From assembly GCF_018350175.1 (NCBI RefSeq), contig NC_058368.1:95234001-95298000 (forward strand): a stretch of DNA of 64,000 nt. The letters run 5' to 3'. Positions 60,450-64,000 of this stretch are shown piece after piece. This stretch comes from Felis catus. Its lineage: Eukaryota. A program made the translations under genes and the position numbers. Within the stretch, counting starts at the first letter, position 1. The number at the start of each line of letters is the position of its first letter. A model generated the notes under the pieces. It saw only the letters and a program-made list of their open reading frames with translations. It had not been told where the DNA came from and ran no database searches.

Positions 60450-60845
60450 CGTCGATGAAGGAATGGCAAAAAAATGTAGTATATTTACGCTCTAAATGTG
60501 ATACCACAGTTAAAAAAATGAAGTATGTAGCACGTTCTAACCTGGTTGAGGAAAAAAACCATAGTGTCCGATGTTTCCAAGTGTTTTTCGTCTCATTGCT
60601 GTAAAAATCACCAAACAGTGCTCTTAGGTTTATCCCTGTAAATAAATACACATAGATGTATGCAAAGGGATATAACAAGGTCTGGAAGATGCATTGGCAA
60701 CCACACCAACACCGTCAGGAAGGACAGAACAGAGGTTCCAGGAATGAACAGTGTAAATACAGGATTTGATCTTTATCCATATCGTTCTAATGTGAGAAAG
60801 AACACGTGTTTGTGGATTTGTTACATAATGGTAATTAAAAACGTG
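60450..60845 (+). mobile_element. Probable old L1 (L1ME-like) 3' end
   Basis: GATACCACAGTTAAAAAAATGAAG, AAGGTCTGGAAGATGCAT, GTAATTAAAA end. Confidence 0.5.
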
Positions 60846-61845
60846 AAATGATAATGTCAGCTTTCGGAAAGGCCACGGGAGGCCTCCAGATAGGAAGTTT
60901 CTTCTTACGTCTTGGTGCACGAAACCCCTTACTGCGTTTTGTTCACAACCGGCCTGAGATTGGAAACGTGGATTCCCCTGGACTAGGTCACGGGGAGCGC
61001 TCGCCTTCCAGTTGGGTGTAACCGGTGAGAGTTTCCTTGAGGTCAAGTTTGGTTGACGGCAGGGTAGCGGAGCCCAGGGAGCCTCGGATGTGCCTGGTGT
61101 GTGATGCTATTAGCCAAGTTGACCATTCTGTCTGGTGGTTGCCCTGCCTAAGAGTTCAGTCTCCAAGGAGAGTTTTCACGTTGTCTCTATTTTTTTTTTC
61201 TTTTTCTTTTTTTGGCTGGAGTCTACACCAGAGTCCTGGCCAAGCAGCTCACCTCTTTGGTGACTTTTCAGAGTCCAGACACTTCTTGGGCAGGCAAAGC
61301 AAAACAAAACCTAGAGCCAAGGAACAGCCCGACTGCAGCAGTGACGGCATGTCTCGTTATTAATGACTTCAGCAATCTGTGAATTCTGATGACCGAGGAG
61401 AAGACAAGTCATTTCAGTTGAGATGCAATCCAGAAAATCGAAACCTGGGTGCATTTAGCACCCAGTCTGCCTGGGGACCTGGCCTTCCTGGCCTTCCCGT
61501 GGAAACGGGATGGCCCTGATTTACTGGCCCCACATACCCTGTACTTAAGTGCGTCTGGGCAGCCCAGCCTCTGTCACACGCCTCAGAGGATTTTCTACTA
61601 AACTGCTAGCTGGGGGACATTGGGTAAAAATCCGGGCGGGTGGTCTAAGGAACAGCGGGGCCGGGGATAATGTGGGAAAGGGAGATGGAACACGAGGAAA
61701 GGTGGGCAGGAGAGTGGATGAAGCATGTGCCAGAAGAGGTTCTGGAGAGGGGGGAGATGGTGATTGGGGTGAAGTCATTCCCGCTCTTCCCCTGTATCTC
61801 CTAGAGTTTGGTTGTTGAAATGGGAGTGTCACTGTGTCCTTTGGG

Positions 61846-62126
61846 TTATTTTCTTTCTTTCTTTTTTAAGTTTATTTATTTTGAGAGACGGAGACAGCGT
61901 GAGCAGGGGAGGAGGGGGAGGAGGAAGGGAGGGAGGGAGAAAGAGAGGGGGAGAGAGAGAGGGAGAGGGAGAGAGAGACAGAGACAGAGACAGAGATTGA
62001 ATTCCAAGCAGGCTCCACACTGCCAGCCCAGAGCTCGATGTGGAGCTTGAGCTCAGGAAACCTTGAGATTATGACCTGAGCTGAAACCAAGAGTTGGATG
62101 TTTGACTGAACCACCCAGACACTCCC
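61846..62126 (-). mobile_element. Can-SINE with expanded GA tract
   Basis: TSD CTTTGGGTTATTT. Confidence 0.93.
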
Positions 62127-63589
62127 TTTGGGTTATTTCCAATTCAGGTTCAGCTCTGCTCCTCCCACTGATCACTTTGCCTCAAAGCTTTTTAGATCCA
62201 CAGATGCTCTGAGTGGCCACAAGGTACTTGGGGTGCAGACTGAGAGGGAACCTGGCACCCTGACTCAGCTTTCCACCGGATCCCTGTCCTCCAGCTCCTC
62301 CTGTGCAGGCAAATGGAGCTGCCCCCAACAGGCCTGCCTTCCAGACTTCTGGGTCTTGCCTTTGGGGGCCCCTCCTCCTCCTGAGACCATGTGGAAACTA
62401 AATTTTATGGTAAAGCCAAAGCATTTACGTTCGGTGTTACAATACCTCATTTGACCTCAAAGCTCCTATCTTTCTGGTGATTTTAGAGACATCAGAACAT
62501 TTTCTCTGTTGTCCTTGTTCCAGATGGATCTGTCATAGCCGCTGAATTGGGAACAGAATGGGGGAGCCCCAGCGCTGCTGGCCACCTGCTGTGTGTCAGG
62601 AATCCCCAGGGGGTTCAGGACACATCAGAAGCACAGCTCCCAGCTGGATTGGCCAACACTGTTGCTGAACAAACTGGGATAAACTCATCACAGAAGAAGC
62701 CAATAACTCAAGAGACGAGGGTTTGGAAAAGAGAAAGGAAGAAATGGATTTTGGGTGCTGGCAGTGGAGGAAGTGGCAGGCTCCAGCCTTAAACACCTGA
62801 CCTTTCTGGCCCGCCAGATGGTCACTTATAAAAGGGTTGAAATGCCTGGGAGCAGGCATAGAGCATGTGATCGCGAGCAGGTGTACTATGTGATAAGTTG
62901 CGTAGGGTGCGGTCTTCTAGAAATTCCATTGCCATCAGGGCTTTTCTGGTCTGGTGGTTGGAATGTTCTGGTCTTTGAAAAATGTCTCCTTCAATGTCCC
63001 AAGAAAATGTGAGAAGAAATAAGCACAATGGGTTTTAGTTACAGCCTAAGTTGAGCGGTCTTGTCTATTTGTGGTTTTAATTGTTGGAGGCTGTGGTTGA
63101 CACGCTCACCCCAAGGTAATGTGTGCCCTAGGTACTGTGCTAAGTTGCCTAACAGGGGAGTCAGCCCCATCCCCAAAGGAATGACATTTTGCTTCCTCCA
63201 GTAAATTTAACCCCTGATTTATGAGCTTTCCGGGGACTCATCATCTGGCTCTTTCTGGATTTTAAGTTCCTTGCTGGGTTTTTTTTGTAGCCCCTTGGTC
63301 AAAGAAACAAGACAAGCAAGCAAGCTGGAAAAAAAAAAAAATCAAGGTATAAGGAAGTTTGAAAACGAGAGTTTAGTGGCCCTGAACCTCAAAGGGTTTA
63401 TCAAGATTAGCTAGAAAATCAATTACCTTTTAATGAATAATAAGTCTGTGCCGTTCTTACTTAATTCCTTTCAGTCCCTGTGAGTTAGATACTCTGATCT
63501 TCGTAAAGGGTGATCTTAAAGAGCCTAGATGCAAGTAACACGCTTGAGGTCACGCGCGTAGAGTTGGAACTGAAAAAGCTGTTCTTCTT

Positions 63590-63940
63590 TTTCCTGCATT
63601 TCACTTGCTGGTCCTTCTGTCTGGAACACTCTTACCCTGAATTCTGACCCTGGCTGGCTCCTTCTTTCCTCCAGGACTCATTTGATGAGGAGCCCGCTCA
63701 GAGGGCAACCACTAGGTCATTCTTGATCGTAACACACCGTGGTAGTGCCCCTGCGTTTACGATTACCTGTCGTTCTTTCTCCTTCTCTTTCGTGTGTGTA
63801 TTTATCTTGTGTGTCTGTCTGCCTCCCCCTGTCCCGAATCCCAACCCACGTTATATGAGCTCTATGATGGCAAGGATCTTTTCTCTCTTGTTTACTGTAT
63901 GCTTGGCATATAGCGTGTGGTCAGTAAAGAGTTGCTCATG
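63590..63940 (+). mobile_element. L2 3' fragment
   Basis: CACTTGCTGGTCCTTCTGTCTGGAACACTCTT...GAGCTCTATGATGGCAAGGATC...GCTTGGCATATAG. Confidence 0.7.
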
Positions 63941-64000
63941 GGCTGACGGAGTCCACAGCCTGTAGGCATATAACCACCACTCTGCACTGCCTGTGGGTGC

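Noticed and set aside
62495..62725. Strong splice acceptor (TTGTCCTTGTTCCAG) followed by one open frame
   Set aside because: No convincing donor and the peptide is not recognised
249..63965. Many 60-150 aa ORFs with motifs such as GAWVAQSVKRPTSAQVMIS, HDLTVCEFEP or RERERE
   Set aside because: They are translations of Can-SINE copies and their CT/GA tracts, not genes
1..64000. tRNA genes, CRISPR arrays, operons or foreign inserts
   Set aside because: All tRNA-like A/B boxes belong to SINE heads. There is no regular repeat-spacer array and no gene-dense or compositionally foreign segment.
1..64000. Inferring host-gene identity or orientation
   Set aside because: No exon recognised, and SINE and L1 strand counts are roughly balanced; a genome alignment is required

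Overview
Mammalian genomic DNA from a carnivore, very probably a cat (Felidae). The assignment rests on about 60 tRNA-derived Can-SINE (SINEC_Fc-type) copies and carnivore-type L1 and Tigger2a remnants. The 64 kb look intronic or intergenic. I recognise no protein-coding exon, RNA gene or intact autonomous transposon, and the listed ORFs are SINE read-throughs, microsatellite translations or chance frames. A large share of the window is interspersed repeat: Can-SINEs, decayed L1, L2, CR1/L3, MIR, MLT1 LTRs and DNA-transposon relics. Repeat-free islands rich in homeodomain-type motifs lie between them and look like candidate enhancers (inference only). The most unusual structures are a ~200-bp non-transposon direct duplication 1,053 bp apart (39562-39761 and 40615-40816), a headless two-tailed chimeric SINE that probably marks a deletion junction (~18250-18460), an L1 5'UTR-like fragment inside an older L1 ORF2, a 40-bp perfect palindromic microsatellite, and several sites reused by serial retrotransposon insertions. 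I found no evidence for a new multi-gene biological system. Repeat family names come from recalled consensus sequences, and boundaries are approximate.
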